64,000 bases of DNA from an uncultured Candidatus Saccharibacteria bacterium (GTDB lineage Bacteria > Patescibacteriota > Minisyncoccia > Phycocordibacterales > UBA9973). The stretch covers positions 20,967-84,966 of the forward strand of contig CAZSFP010000003.1 in NCBI GenBank assembly GCA_964606285.1, given 5' to 3'. The notes under the pieces are model-generated. The model did no database searches, had not been told where the DNA came from, and was given only the letters and a program-made list of their open reading frames with translations. Positions 1-10,005 of this stretch are shown piece by piece; position 1 is the stretch's first letter; every line of letters starts with the position of its first letter. The translations under genes and the position numbers were made by a program.

Positions 1-1840
1 TACTTGTTTCTTCTGTTCGAGAAACAGTATGTGAAACCGTATCAACTGGTGCTTTTTTCTCAGCAAGCTTTCGGATGACGAGAATAAGTGCGAGGATGAT
101 AAGGATCAAGAGCAACCATCCAGCGAGTGTATCTGGGAAGATATCTGCACCAAAGAGTGAGAGACCGACGAGTGATGAATTGTTTTTTGAAACAGTATTC
201 AACGCGTACGCGATCGCATCTTCTTGGGCACCAGACGGAAGGACTGTAAAGACCATATGTGCGGTCGTGACGAGAAGATCTCGGTCACCAGCACTTGGGA
301 GAATATCACCCTGAAGTGAGAATGTACCATTGTCACCAGGAGCGAGTGTTCCTAGTTCTACAGTGAGTCCATTGTCTGTTGAAAATGTTCCACGTGTTGA
401 ACGATTGAATGCAATTTCTTGTGGCAAGATAACGCGGATGATCGTGTTTGAAAGCGTCTTGTTGCTGATGTTCTTGTATTCAACGAGGAAGTTGACCACA
501 CCGCGAACATTGACGATTTCATAGTCAGGTGTGATCTTCAACATAACAAGGTTTGATCCAGAACCTGAACCAGTCGTAATGATTGTTGTTGTATTTGTTG
601 TTGGGGTAATAACAACTGTTTGGTTTGCTGTTGTGAAACTCATGACCTGACCATAGTCAGTACCATACGCATTTTGTGCAACTGCACGGAAGTAATAGAC
701 AGTGTTTTGTGAAAGATTATATATTGATTGCGAGAATGAGAGAACACCAGATGAACCGACAACTTGTGTCGAAGTCGTTGATCCAAAGTTTTGCGTTGTG
801 CCGTATTCGAACCATACTGTTGTTGCAGATGATGAAGAGATAGAAACAACTCCATTCAATCGCGCAGATGATTGTCCGACTGATGTTGCGGTAACTGTTG
901 TTACGTCAGGTGCGATATTTTGCTGAACATAATTGTATTCGTCAGTATCGTATATAGATGAACAACCAAGATCGTTCATATCGATGCGACCGTCGGCATC
1001 ATTGTCATAACCATCATTACATGCGTAGACTTGTGGTTGTACGTAGTTGTATTCATCAGTGTCAAAAGATGAAGAACAGCCGAGGTCGTTCATGTCGATA
1101 CGTCCATCTCCATCGTTATCATATCCATCATTACATGCGTAGACTTGTGGTTGCACGTAGTTGTATTCATCAGTATCAGATGATGATGAACAACCTGCAT
1201 CTTGCATATCGACATATCCATCAGCATCATTGTCGATACCGTCGTTACATGCGAATGTTTGCTGTTGGACATTGTTTCCAACGACATAGTGAAAGACGAC
1301 AGAACCTTGTGATGACCAACCAGGATTGATCGTGCCGATGTTAAGACCCGCACCAAAGAGTTCAATACCAGTCTGTCCGTTTGGAAGAGATTGTCCGACA
1401 GTCGTCTGGTTTGGGAACCATCGTGCTGAACCAGGAACATACGTCAATGTCTGTGCAGATGAAATCTGAACTGTTGATGAGCCATATGCCATACCTGCGA
1501 CGTTACCAGAGATCGTGTGTGCTGTTTGTGCACCAGTACTCTGTGGTGTCGTGATACGAAGCATTGTGTTGTTCGATGCAGTCGTACCAGTATTGTGGTA
1601 ATAGATCGCAACAGAGACGATTTGTCCTGGTTGCATGATCGGACTTGAACAATTGTTGTTCGTTCCTGGGATTGCTGTTACCCAACACGCTGATGTGTTT
1701 GGATTAACAGAGTTATTGTTCACGCGAATTGTCGCGCGGTCTTGCTGACTTGTGTTGAAGCTTACCTGTGCATCAACAGTACCGGCAAAAACGCCGAAAC
1801 CGAGAACAAAGGCAAACATTGTGATAAAAATTCTTTTCAT
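1..1840 (-). CDS. Large secreted, membrane-anchored surface protein (3 Cys/Asp-rich Ca-binding-like repeats, Fn3-like and DUF11-like domains, C-terminal TM); 3' end runs off the window
   Basis: Absent from the ORF track (truncated). Manual translation: MKRIFITMFAFVLGFGVFAG signal; three 38-aa repeats ACNDGYDNDxDGRIDMNDLGCSS..DTDEYN; TM GWLLLILIILALILVI. Confidence 0.8.
   Translation of the reverse strand, partial: MKRIFITMFAFVLGFGVFAGTVDAQVSFNTSQQDRATIRVNNNSVNPNTSACWVTAIPGTNNNCSSPIMQPGQIVSVAIYYHNTGTTASNNTMLRITTPQSTGAQTAHTISGNVAGMAYGSSTVQISSAQTLTYVPGSARWFPNQTTVGQSLPNGQTGIELFGAGLNIGTINPGWSSQGSVVFHYVVGNNVQQQTFACNDGIDNDADGYVDMQDAGCSSSSDTDEYNYVQPQVYACNDGYDNDGDGRIDMNDLGCSSSFDTDEYNYVQPQVYACNDGYDNDADGRIDMNDLGCSSIYDTDEYNYVQQNIAPDVTTVTATSVGQSSARLNGVVSISSSSATTVWFEYGTTQNFGSTTSTQVVGSSGVLSFSQSIYNLSQNTVYYFRAVAQNAYGTDYGQVMSFTTANQTVVITPTTNTTTIITTGSGSGSNLVMLKITPDYEIVNVRGVVNFLVEYKNISNKTLSNTIIRVILPQEIAFNRSTRGTFSTDNGLTVELGTLAPGDNGTFSLQGDILPSAGDRDLLVTTAHMVFTVLPSGAQEDAIAYALNTVSKNNSSLVGLSLFGADIFPDTLAGWLLLILIILALILVIRKLAEKKAPVDTVSHTVSRTEETS
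930..1270 (-). repeat. Three 114-bp tandem coding repeats
   Basis: TTACATGCG recurs at 114-bp spacing (~1017, 1131, 1245). Confidence 0.85.
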
Positions 1841-2105
1841 AATATATAAAATCAATTACTGTCTAGTAAGACTCCTATTATATCACGTAGATTTAAATAG
1901 TCAAGCTAGCCCGCACACTCAATTTGCTATTATTTTTTGTTGCAATAGTACCTCATTTTCATAAACAAATTATCAAAAATACAACTATTCATATAGAAAA
2001 AATAAAATATAATGCAACGATAGCAAAATGAGTGTACGGGCAAGTAAAAAATCCCGCATCCATCTGTGGAGTGCGGGATTTTATGTGAACATTATCGCAA
2101 TTTAT

Positions 2106-3929
2106 CTACCTTTTGGTCAAACCCATGTTTTGACTTCTCATCATGGGAGGTGCTTGTTGCACCCGCATATTCCCGGCACCATTTTGCATTCTTGGTGCAG
2201 GAGCAACATTTTGTCTTTGATTCTGTTGCTGATTGACATTCATCCTTGGAGCAGGGTTTTGATTCCCTGTTCTTTTTGATAAACCAAAGTTTTCACTTCG
2301 TTGGAAATTGTTTCCATTATCAACCCTGTAGTTTTGACCATTGTTCGCATTGAAGCTTTTTTGAAGCCCTTCATTACCTCGTGCGGACATGTTGTTCTGA
2401 AATGTTTGTTGTCCATTTTTCTGATTCACATCACTGCGAACAGAAGCAGTTTTAGCTGCCAAACTCATGTTCTGTTGACCATTACTCACTTGCTTGTTCT
2501 GTAATGCCATAGCACTGAATTCTTTCAACGTTTTGGACTGTGTGTCCGAACTACGTAATGTCTGATTCGCAGTTTTACTTGCTGTCTCAGTTTGGAAACT
2601 TTTTGTGTAGTTTTCCAATTGTGTTTGTTTTGCAAACACTTCATTGTTCATTCCGTTTATTTTTGAATTCATCGCGAGAGCAGATGGGCCGGTCTCAAAA
2701 CTTTTTTTACCAGAGAGCTGTTGCTGACTGGTCACTTTCTCGTTTGTATTCACTGAAAGTGATTTTGTTTCGAAACTACCTTTGAATGACTCTACATGCT
2801 GGGCAGTCGTTTCATCGGTTTTTCCTGACCCCGGATCAACGGGATCATTGCCTGAACCAGGATCTGTTCCATCACCAGTTGTTGTTCCTGGATCGATTGG
2901 ATCAACGGGATTACCATTCTCATCAAATCCTGAAGGAGGGTCAACAGGTCCTCCGTCGTCTACGACAGGAGGCTCTTTTTGATCAACGGTAGTCGTGTGA
3001 ATCCAGTTGTAGTTGTTGTTATTATTGGTATTGTTGTTGTCAATGAAGATATTGATGTCACCATCATCATCGTCACCATAGTAATTATTTGTGTAATAAT
3101 TATTTATATAACTCGATGGTGTAAAATTATTCCCACCGCAGCTACCACAATTTCCATACCCATAACTTCCAATTCCTGCATAGGCAGTGAATCCAAGTGG
3201 ACCAATACCAAACCCTGCATAGGCACCCATTCCGTATCCATAGCATGGGTCGTAATAGTAAGGGTTATAATTATAACCCCCAGTAAATCCATACATTGAA
3301 CCCACTGACTGACTGCCGTAGCCACCATTATAAGAATCATTATCTTCTGTAGGTGGTACGGTGATGTTAATGTCACCAACCGATGCAGTCGCTGTTGCAA
3401 CTGCACTGGCATTACCACCTTTTGAGGTGGCAGTATCAGTGGTTGTTTCAACTAGTGGCGTTTCATTTGGAATACCGTGCTTGCTCCAAAGCAAATTTGC
3501 GCAATCAAGTGAAGCAATTTCTATATCTTCACCACGCACTACCCTGTGGAGAATTTCTTCTCCACCAAAACGGGTTTTGGGAAGTCTTGTAAACCATTTA
3601 ACATTGCCGTCGCAATTTCTTGCGACATTCATTTCCCCAGAAGCTTTTTTAATATCACAGCCCTCTAGAAATGCTATTGCATCTTCGCGGGTAATTTCAC
3701 CCAATCCCCAGCCGCGAAAAACATTGTGCCACTGAAGCAGTGTAATTAATTCAGACATTTTAAATTCATCGTTAAGGTATTCAGTGATGAATTCTTGTTT
3801 GGTCATTTGACGGGTGTAATTTGTACCAGTACGGAAATCATTGCACATTCCGTCCTGTGCGTTTGCGGTTACAGCGGAGATACTCAACGCTATAACCATT
3901 GCGATAATGTTGTTAAAGAACTTTTTCAT
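2106..3929 (-). CDS. Secreted hypothetical protein with Gly/Tyr-, Asn-, Pro/Asp- and Gln-rich low-complexity tail
   Basis: 607-aa ORF; signal peptide ending ANA-Q; upstream TTGACA promoter; downstream terminator. Confidence 0.75.
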   Translation of the reverse strand: MKKFFNNIIAMVIALSISAVTANAQDGMCNDFRTGTNYTRQMTKQEFITEYLNDEFKMSELITLLQWHNVFRGWGLGEITREDAIAFLEGCDIKKASGEMNVARNCDGNVKWFTRLPKTRFGGEEILHRVVRGEDIEIASLDCANLLWSKHGIPNETPLVETTTDTATSKGGNASAVATATASVGDINITVPPTEDNDSYNGGYGSQSVGSMYGFTGGYNYNPYYYDPCYGYGMGAYAGFGIGPLGFTAYAGIGSYGYGNCGSCGGNNFTPSSYINNYYTNNYYGDDDDGDINIFIDNNNTNNNNNYNWIHTTTVDQKEPPVVDDGGPVDPPSGFDENGNPVDPIDPGTTTGDGTDPGSGNDPVDPGSGKTDETTAQHVESFKGSFETKSLSVNTNEKVTSQQQLSGKKSFETGPSALAMNSKINGMNNEVFAKQTQLENYTKSFQTETASKTANQTLRSSDTQSKTLKEFSAMALQNKQVSNGQQNMSLAAKTASVRSDVNQKNGQQTFQNNMSARGNEGLQKSFNANNGQNYRVDNGNNFQRSENFGLSKRTGNQNPAPRMNVNQQQNQRQNVAPAPRMQNGAGNMRVQQAPPMMRSQNMGLTKR

Positions 3930-4039
3930 TCCTGAAATTTTTTTTAGTTAATACTTAAACGTTCCCATAGAGTATAGCAAGAAAATAGCCTTTTGTCAAG
4001 GGCATGAATTTGGATTTTATCCTTTATACTAAAGGGTAT

Positions 4040-5743
4040 ATGGCGACATTCCAAGAAGACGATCAAATCAAAAAACTCGAAGAGCTCCGTGAACAAGAAG
4101 AGGAAGACCTCGTTCGGATTCTCGCTGAAACCCGGTATCATCTCCCCTACGTGAATCTTGCAAGTATTATCATCGACAATGAAGCACTTTCTTATTTGAC
4201 CGAAGCCGAGGCACGGTCACTCGAAGTTGGACCATTCAAAGTATCTGGTAAACATATCTATGTCGGTGTTCGTTCACCAAATCACGAAGGTTTGCCGGCA
4301 CTTCGCGATACACTTATTCGCAAAGGGTTGATTCCAACGTTCTACATGGTCTCACAAAAAAGTTTGAACAAAGTTTGGGAACGGTACACAGAACTTTCTC
4401 ATGCGACAGAATCACGTATCGGTGGTTTCGACATCGAAGGCGATCGTATGAAAGAACTCGGCGAGAAAATTGTCCGTTTTCAAGACGTTCAGAAAAATAT
4501 TTCTGATTGTATTCGTGAAAACAAACCTCACAAGATTTCACAAATTCTCGAAATCATTCTCGCGGGCGGCATATCACTCGATGCATCTGATGTGCACATC
4601 GAACCAGAAGAAACCGATATTCGTATCCGCTATCGTCTCGACGGTGTACTCCAAGACGTCGCGAGTCTCGATATCGGACTCAACCACTTGATCAACGCTC
4701 GACTAAAACTCCTCGCAGGTATGAAGCTCACGAACAGCGCAATGGCACAGGATGGCCGCATCAGTATTTTCCTCGATGACATGGAGATCAGTCTTCGTGT
4801 CTCGACTGTCCCGGGAACATACGGCGAATCCATCGTCATGCGTATTTTGAATCCCAAAAAAATCCGTATTCAACCTGAGGAACTCGGTATTGATCCTGAA
4901 TTATTCAAAATCATCGATAAAGAAATCAGAAAACCAAATGGCATGATCCTCATCACTGGTCCGACAGGATCTGGAAAAACGACGACATTGTATGCATTCT
5001 TGCAGCGCATCTACACACCGGAAGTCAAAGTCATCACCATCGAAGACCCAATCGAATATCACTTGAAGGGCATCACCCAGACACAGACAGAAAAAGAAAA
5101 AGGATATGGATTCCTCCAAGGCTTGCGTGCAGCACTCCGTCAAGACCCTGACATCATCATGGTCGGTGAAATCCGCGATGCCGAAACCGCACAAATCGCT
5201 GTCGAATCTGCACTCACTGGTCACATTGTCTTTTCAACGCTTCACACCAACAATGCTGGTGGTGTCATCCCTCGTATGATCGATCTCGAAGTCAATCCAA
5301 AAATTCTCGTCTCTGCACTTTCGCTCTCTATGGCACAACGTACCGTTCGTCGCCTCTGTCAGCACTGCAAAGTATCATATACACCAACCGAGTACGAAGA
5401 ATCAATATTACGAAATATTTTAAGAATGGCTGATGCAAACAAGAAAGGTATTGAGCGGTACAAACTCACACCTGACATGCCGATCACACTCTACAAACCT
5501 GTCGGCTGTGACCTCTGTCATGGTATCGGATATAAAGGATTGATCGGTATCTTTGAAGCGATTCTCACCGATGAGGCAATCGAAAAAATAATCCCGACAA
5601 ATCCCTCTGAACGTGAAATCAAAAAAGTTGCCAAAGCGCAAGGGATATTTGATATGCGCGAAGACGGCGCGGTAAAAATTCTCTCCGGTATCACATCTTT
5701 TGAAGAAGTTCGAAGTGTCGTGGATCTCGAAGAGGAAATTTAG
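4040..5743 (+). CDS. pilB: Type IV pilus assembly ATPase, GspE/PulE/PilB family
   Basis: ASDVHIEP, GPTGSGKTTT Walker A, TIEDPIE, LRQDPDIIMVGEIRD, CxxC..CxxC. Confidence 0.93.
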   Translation: MATFQEDDQIKKLEELREQEEEDLVRILAETRYHLPYVNLASIIIDNEALSYLTEAEARSLEVGPFKVSGKHIYVGVRSPNHEGLPALRDTLIRKGLIPTFYMVSQKSLNKVWERYTELSHATESRIGGFDIEGDRMKELGEKIVRFQDVQKNISDCIRENKPHKISQILEIILAGGISLDASDVHIEPEETDIRIRYRLDGVLQDVASLDIGLNHLINARLKLLAGMKLTNSAMAQDGRISIFLDDMEISLRVSTVPGTYGESIVMRILNPKKIRIQPEELGIDPELFKIIDKEIRKPNGMILITGPTGSGKTTTLYAFLQRIYTPEVKVITIEDPIEYHLKGITQTQTEKEKGYGFLQGLRAALRQDPDIIMVGEIRDAETAQIAVESALTGHIVFSTLHTNNAGGVIPRMIDLEVNPKILVSALSLSMAQRTVRRLCQHCKVSYTPTEYEESILRNILRMADANKKGIERYKLTPDMPITLYKPVGCDLCHGIGYKGLIGIFEAILTDEAIEKIIPTNPSEREIKKVAKAQGIFDMREDGAVKILSGITSFEEVRSVVDLEEEI

Positions 5744-5769
5744 ATGAATGTCTAATATCTAAAAAATAC

Positions 5770-5810
5770 AAAAGAAAAACCCTTCACATGACGTGAAGGG
5801 TTTTTCTTTT
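5770..5810. terminator. Bidirectional intrinsic terminator
   Basis: AAAACCCTTCAC-ATGAC-GTGAAGGGTTTT hairpin with A/T tracts. Confidence 0.75.
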
Positions 5811-6037
5811 GACAACACTTTTAAGTAAAAAACAAAAATCTCTAAACAATCCTTGTCCCAATCAATGACACAAGTAACATATCCTTGAAGGATAGACCCA
5901 GTAATATAAAAATAAACCAGAACGTCCTCCGCACAGATGTAGAGGCAGTGCCTGATTGCTTAGAGATTTTTGTCTTCTCAACCCATTTGTCAAAGCGAAC
6001 TCAACAAGTGTATACTATACCATATCTGTAAAGCTCG
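5775..6037 (-). ncRNA. Candidate structured small RNA
   Basis: TTGACA-16-TATAAT promoter (6071-6044); ~40-bp imperfect closing stem (5807-5852 with 5954-5995); ends at a terminator; no ORF >=60 aa on this strand. Confidence 0.45.
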
Positions 6038-6086
6038 AATTACATTATAGCAAAATTTATACATTTGTCAAGCACACCCCTCTTTT

Positions 6087-7058
6087 ATGTCTCATGATTC
6101 ACATCTCGACCTTACACTGCGTCCCAACACATGGGCAGAATACATTGGCCAAGATTCTATCAAAAAGAATCTTCATATTCTCCTGACTGCAGCAAAAGAA
6201 CGCAATCATCCGGCAGAACACATCCTCTTTTATGGTCCACCAGGTCTCGGTAAGACGACACTCGCCCATTTGATCGCCCATGAAACGGGTCGTCAGATCA
6301 AAATCACCTCAGGTCCGGCTATTGAAAAGGTCGGTGATCTCGCATCTATTCTCACGAACCTCTCACCAGGTGATATCGTCTTTATCGATGAGATACATAG
6401 ACTCAACAAAATGATCGAAGAGGTCCTCTATCCTGCGATGGAGTCCGGTGTACTTGATATCATCATCGGCAAAGGTCCATCTGCTCGCACGATTCAGCTC
6501 GAGCTCCCGCCGTTCACACTAATTGCCGCAACAACACGAGTCGCCTTACTCTCATCTCCGCTCCGTTCCCGATTTTCCGGCGGCACGTTTCGTCTCGAAT
6601 TTTATTCTGAAAAAGAAATTGAGCAAATTGTGAAACGAAGTGCAAGCATCCTCGGTATCGGCATCGATGACGAAGCGATCAGTGAGATCGCCAAACGTTC
6701 ACGCTTCACACCTCGCACCGCCAACTATTTCCTCAAGCGTTGCCGTGACTATGCGCAAGTACACAAAAAAGATCTCGACAAGAAAACGGTCTTTCTCGCC
6801 CTCTCACTCCTCGGCATCGATGAACTCGGTCTGTCTGAATCCGACCGCATGATTCTCTCGACCATCATCGAGAAATTTGATGGCGGTCCGGTTGGTCTCA
6901 ACACCATCGCCGCGGCAACCAGCGAAGAAGAAGCAACGATCGAAGAAGTCACGGAACCCTATCTCATCCAACGCGGGTTATTGGAAAGAACTCCTCGAGG
7001 AAGAACCGCTACTCAGAAAGCTTATAAACATTTAGGTTTTGATTTTCCTGAGAAATAA
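6087..7058 (+). CDS. ruvB: Holliday junction branch migration helicase RuvB
   Basis: LRP..W.EYIGQ, GPPGLGKTT, FIDEIHRL, EPYLIQ.GLLERTPRGR. Confidence 0.97.
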   Translation: MSHDSHLDLTLRPNTWAEYIGQDSIKKNLHILLTAAKERNHPAEHILFYGPPGLGKTTLAHLIAHETGRQIKITSGPAIEKVGDLASILTNLSPGDIVFIDEIHRLNKMIEEVLYPAMESGVLDIIIGKGPSARTIQLELPPFTLIAATTRVALLSSPLRSRFSGGTFRLEFYSEKEIEQIVKRSASILGIGIDDEAISEIAKRSRFTPRTANYFLKRCRDYAQVHKKDLDKKTVFLALSLLGIDELGLSESDRMILSTIIEKFDGGPVGLNTIAAATSEEEATIEEVTEPYLIQRGLLERTPRGRTATQKAYKHLGFDFPEK

Positions 7059-7202
7059 TTTTTAAATTATATTTTCGAGGAGTTCAGTCACGAACGACTT
7101 ACAGTCGCAGTACACCTTTTGGATATTTTGTTTCAAGTCTTCACAAAATATCTCAAAAGGTCTTGCGCCGCAGTCCCGCAAGCGGGTTCCCAATTCTGCG
7201 GC
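7059..7202 (+). mobile_element. Small structured insertion between two ruvB 3' ends
   Basis: 7075-7085 is the reverse complement of ruvB 6988-6998; several hairpins follow; abuts the second tail. Confidence 0.5.
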
Positions 7203-7271
7203 TCACCACGCGGCCGCACTGCCACAAAAAAAGCGTATGAACATCTTGAATTTGAATGGAAAGAAAAATAA
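7203..7271 (+). pseudogene. Displaced second copy of the ruvB 3' end
   Basis: Translates SPRGRTATKKAYEHLEFEWKEK* versus current TPRGRTATQKAYKHLGFDFPEK*. Confidence 0.85.
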
Positions 7272-7306
7272 AAAAAATCCCTCGTACATGCGAGGGATTT
7301 TACTTT

Positions 7307-7894
7307 TTAGCTATGATGCCAAATTTTGTATTCAAGCTTTGACAGCTTGTACGGTGGCGGTATTGTATAGTTTCCTTTTTTGTCTTTTCTCCACGGCAGC
7401 TGTATTTTTACAGTCACATAAATTTGTTTGTGATTTTCAACATACGAACAGTGTCCTTTGTACATGTTTGCCTGATTCTTGTTAACAATTTTCTTGTTCT
7501 GAAACAGAAGGAACAGGTCATACACAAGAAGCTCAAGCAAAGTAACTGGTGAACTTTCATGAGTAATATATGAAGCATTTTTCTGTCTCGTTCTCATTAC
7601 CCTTTCATCTGGATCTTTGAGATATACTTCAAAAGTCTTAACTTTTTTTGCCAACATATCAAAACATTTCTGGAGAGTAATCTCTTTTGGAACAACAATA
7701 ATAATCCATCCGATGGTCGGTTCGCCAAGCTCTTTGAAATCTTCAATTTTTATATCAAGTGAAAACCATTGTTTGTAAAATGAAATCCATTTTTGAATAA
7801 CTTTTGATTTTGATAATCTATTTCTTTTTTGAGAAGTAACCAAATTATCAACATCTTGTAAAAATCTTTCAGAAAATTCATTATCTGCATGCAT
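7307..7894 (-). CDS. Hypothetical protein
   Basis: 195-aa AT-rich ORF, ATG start. Confidence 0.6.
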   Translation of the reverse strand: MHADNEFSERFLQDVDNLVTSQKRNRLSKSKVIQKWISFYKQWFSLDIKIEDFKELGEPTIGWIIIVVPKEITLQKCFDMLAKKVKTFEVYLKDPDERVMRTRQKNASYITHESSPVTLLELLVYDLFLLFQNKKIVNKNQANMYKGHCSYVENHKQIYVTVKIQLPWRKDKKGNYTIPPPYKLSKLEYKIWHHS

Positions 7895-7998
7895 GTTGTT
7901 TTAGTTTTTTTGTGAATGAACTTTTTACACTGTCAGACAACAAATTTATTTGCGGTCTGAATAATGTGGGCGGAACTAGATTGTCCCGCCCATTGTAT

Positions 7999-8490
7999 TT
8001 AATCTGCAAGTTTTGTTTCAATATAGGTAAATTTCTTTCTTAATTTTACATACCAGTTTTTATCTATATCATCTCCTGCATCTCCCTCACATATGGTTTT
8101 CACCATAAAAATAAAATTTTCTTCGGTTTTCGGCACTACAATAATATTCGTACACCATGCATTCTTTCCACTCACCGCATATTTTACAATCTGGTCCCTT
8201 TCATGTTCCACACTTGTTGTTGTAAACAATATAGCCGGCAACCCATATCCATGTCCTCCTACATGCGCAGTACGTATGTATTCATTATAAAAAGTATTAC
8301 CATTTTCATAAAATAAACTTCCTACAAAAGCAGGCATTTGTTCCAATATTGGTTCTCTTTCTTCACCGGGTATTTGTGCGGGTGCAGTAGTAAACAGTAT
8401 TTCATCGTACCATTCAGGTAATTCTCTTTTTGCTAAAGCTTTAAATTGTTCTAAAACATACTCATGTTTTTGTGAAAATATTATTTTCAT
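7999..8490 (-). CDS. Hypothetical protein
   Basis: 163-aa ORF, ATG start. Confidence 0.65.
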   Translation of the reverse strand: MKIIFSQKHEYVLEQFKALAKRELPEWYDEILFTTAPAQIPGEEREPILEQMPAFVGSLFYENGNTFYNEYIRTAHVGGHGYGLPAILFTTTSVEHERDQIVKYAVSGKNAWCTNIIVVPKTEENFIFMVKTICEGDAGDDIDKNWYVKLRKKFTYIETKLAD

Positions 8491-8499
8491 TTCATGTCT

Positions 8500-9155
8500 G
8501 TTCAGTATCCCTGTTCCCGGCTTTAGTTTATGAATGAACTTTTTCTCTACAAGATTTCAATCAGAGATTAAAATCTTGATAAAGAAAGTGAGTTGTTTTT
8601 TAGACAACTCACTACTATTTGAGGCCTTTCTTATTTCCTACACCTGGTTGCTCACCGGCAACAGGCATTCTCTCTCGAGAAATTTTTTTCAAATTCAAAA
8701 ATAAGCGGTCATAACCTTTGCTTCCAGCTCACTTGCAGGAAGACTTTCCAGATAATTTTAATTTGAAAAGAACTAATGATTTTTTAGGATTTGATCCTAG
8801 GCTTTTTACCTTTCTCGGTACTTGATACGCCATGGGCATATACAAACTCACTTCATTTGAGTTCGTCTAAGGTGTCGATAGACCTCAAGAATTCGAGAAT
8901 GAAAGACTATGCTTCAAAAACTCCTACGGTGTCCGTAGTATTTCCCTTGCGGGTTTTGCGTCTCCACACATCTTTCGGGGAACGTTCGCTACCTACCGAT
9001 GGTAGTATACTTGTCCAAACTACACAGACTATGCCAAGAGATTTTCGGTTCTCTTGCCACGCGGACAACATAAGCCACTCGTATATCATCTGTATACAAA
9101 CCTTTGTTTGTTTTTATGAAGAACAAACACTCATTCTTTTTTGCCAGAGGCTCGG
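8500..9155 (-). ncRNA. Candidate structured non-coding block 2
   Basis: No credible ORF; many short hairpins incl. CCC-GCAA-GGG, CTC-GAGA-GAG, ACC-GAGAAA-GGT, CTACGG-ACA-CCGTAG; boxA-like motifs. Confidence 0.4.
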
Positions 9156-9158
9156 GTA

Positions 9159-9365
9159 CTATGCTTCACCGAGCTTTGATTGGTCTTTTTCTCTGTCTGC
9201 ATGAAGTTCATATATTGCATACATGGTCGATACTACGAAAATAAATCCGTAACATCCCAGTACTTTTTTGAATGTATCCATCGCATCAGGACGAACACCT
9301 CCAAAACAGTAACTAGCCAGTAACAATGCACAAACCATCAAAGACACTATGGACATTTTCCACAT
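9159..9365 (-). CDS. Small two-TM membrane protein
   Basis: 68 aa, two hydrophobic stretches, A-rich upstream region. Confidence 0.55.
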   Translation of the reverse strand: MWKMSIVSLMVCALLLASYCFGGVRPDAMDTFKKVLGCYGFIFVVSTMYAIYELHADREKDQSKLGEA

Positions 9366-9374
9366 GGTTTTTAA

Positions 9375-9845
9375 AAGTACATTTTTCTACAGCAGCTCGA
9401 ATAATTCAAGTTGCTGATAAAGAGGAGGAGCGTGTTGCCGAAGCAAAGGCACTCCTCCCGAACTTTCCACCATTACTGATGAGGTACTGCAACCACTTGC
9501 AATATGTTTTTACCTGCCATTTTAGTCGGTCAGTAACTCCTCTGATTGTATATCCGTCTGAGCATTGCCCATCGGAGCACAAAAGGAGCCTGCGATCTTG
9601 GGTGTGGAATTCCCAAGCTATCGAAACTTGTCAGAAACGTTTGTTGAAACAAGGAAACCCTGTTTCTTCATTCGTTACCGCTTCATCTCTTACCTGCATG
9701 CCAGATGGTCGACTGGCCCACGTCTTTTCCTTCAAAAGGAATATTCCAGATACCACCAAATGCTTGAGGATAATGATATCTGTAGTATTCCTTTCGAAGT
9801 GTTTCAAAGAACTTTTGAACGAATCAATTTCTTATTCATCGTTCT
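9375..9845 (-). ncRNA. Candidate ~470-nt structured leader or ncRNA with 5' hairpin and boxA
   Basis: GAACGA..TCGTTC hairpin, then AGTTCTTTGAAAC, then a series of long stems; no minus-strand ORF >=60 aa. Confidence 0.5.
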
Positions 9846-9851
9846 GCAAAC

Positions 9852-9880
9852 ATCATAGCATTAGAAAAGAGATAAGTCAA
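9852..9880 (-). promoter_or_regulatory. Sigma70-type promoter with extended -10
   Basis: TTGACT-17 bp-TATGAT with upstream TG. Confidence 0.65.
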
Positions 9881-10005
9881 TAGATTTGGCAAGTATTTTT
9901 ATCAGTATATTTTTAAAATATCAAATATTTATTGATTTTTATAGATATTTTATATATTTAACAAAAATATTTGTCATTTTAAGGTATCTATGCTACACTC
10001 TACCC

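Noticed and set aside
75-1964. Short ORFs listed in the track
   Set aside because: Shadows of the real minus-strand gene 1-1840
7059-7202. Group I or II intron in ruvB or tRNA-Gly
   Set aside because: Too short; no recognisable P7 core, terminal G or domain V; the genes are already complete without splicing
9326-9883. + strand ORFs (185 aa, 97 aa) and 8791-9204
   Set aside because: Atypical composition, no motifs, antisense to a strong promoter and boxA
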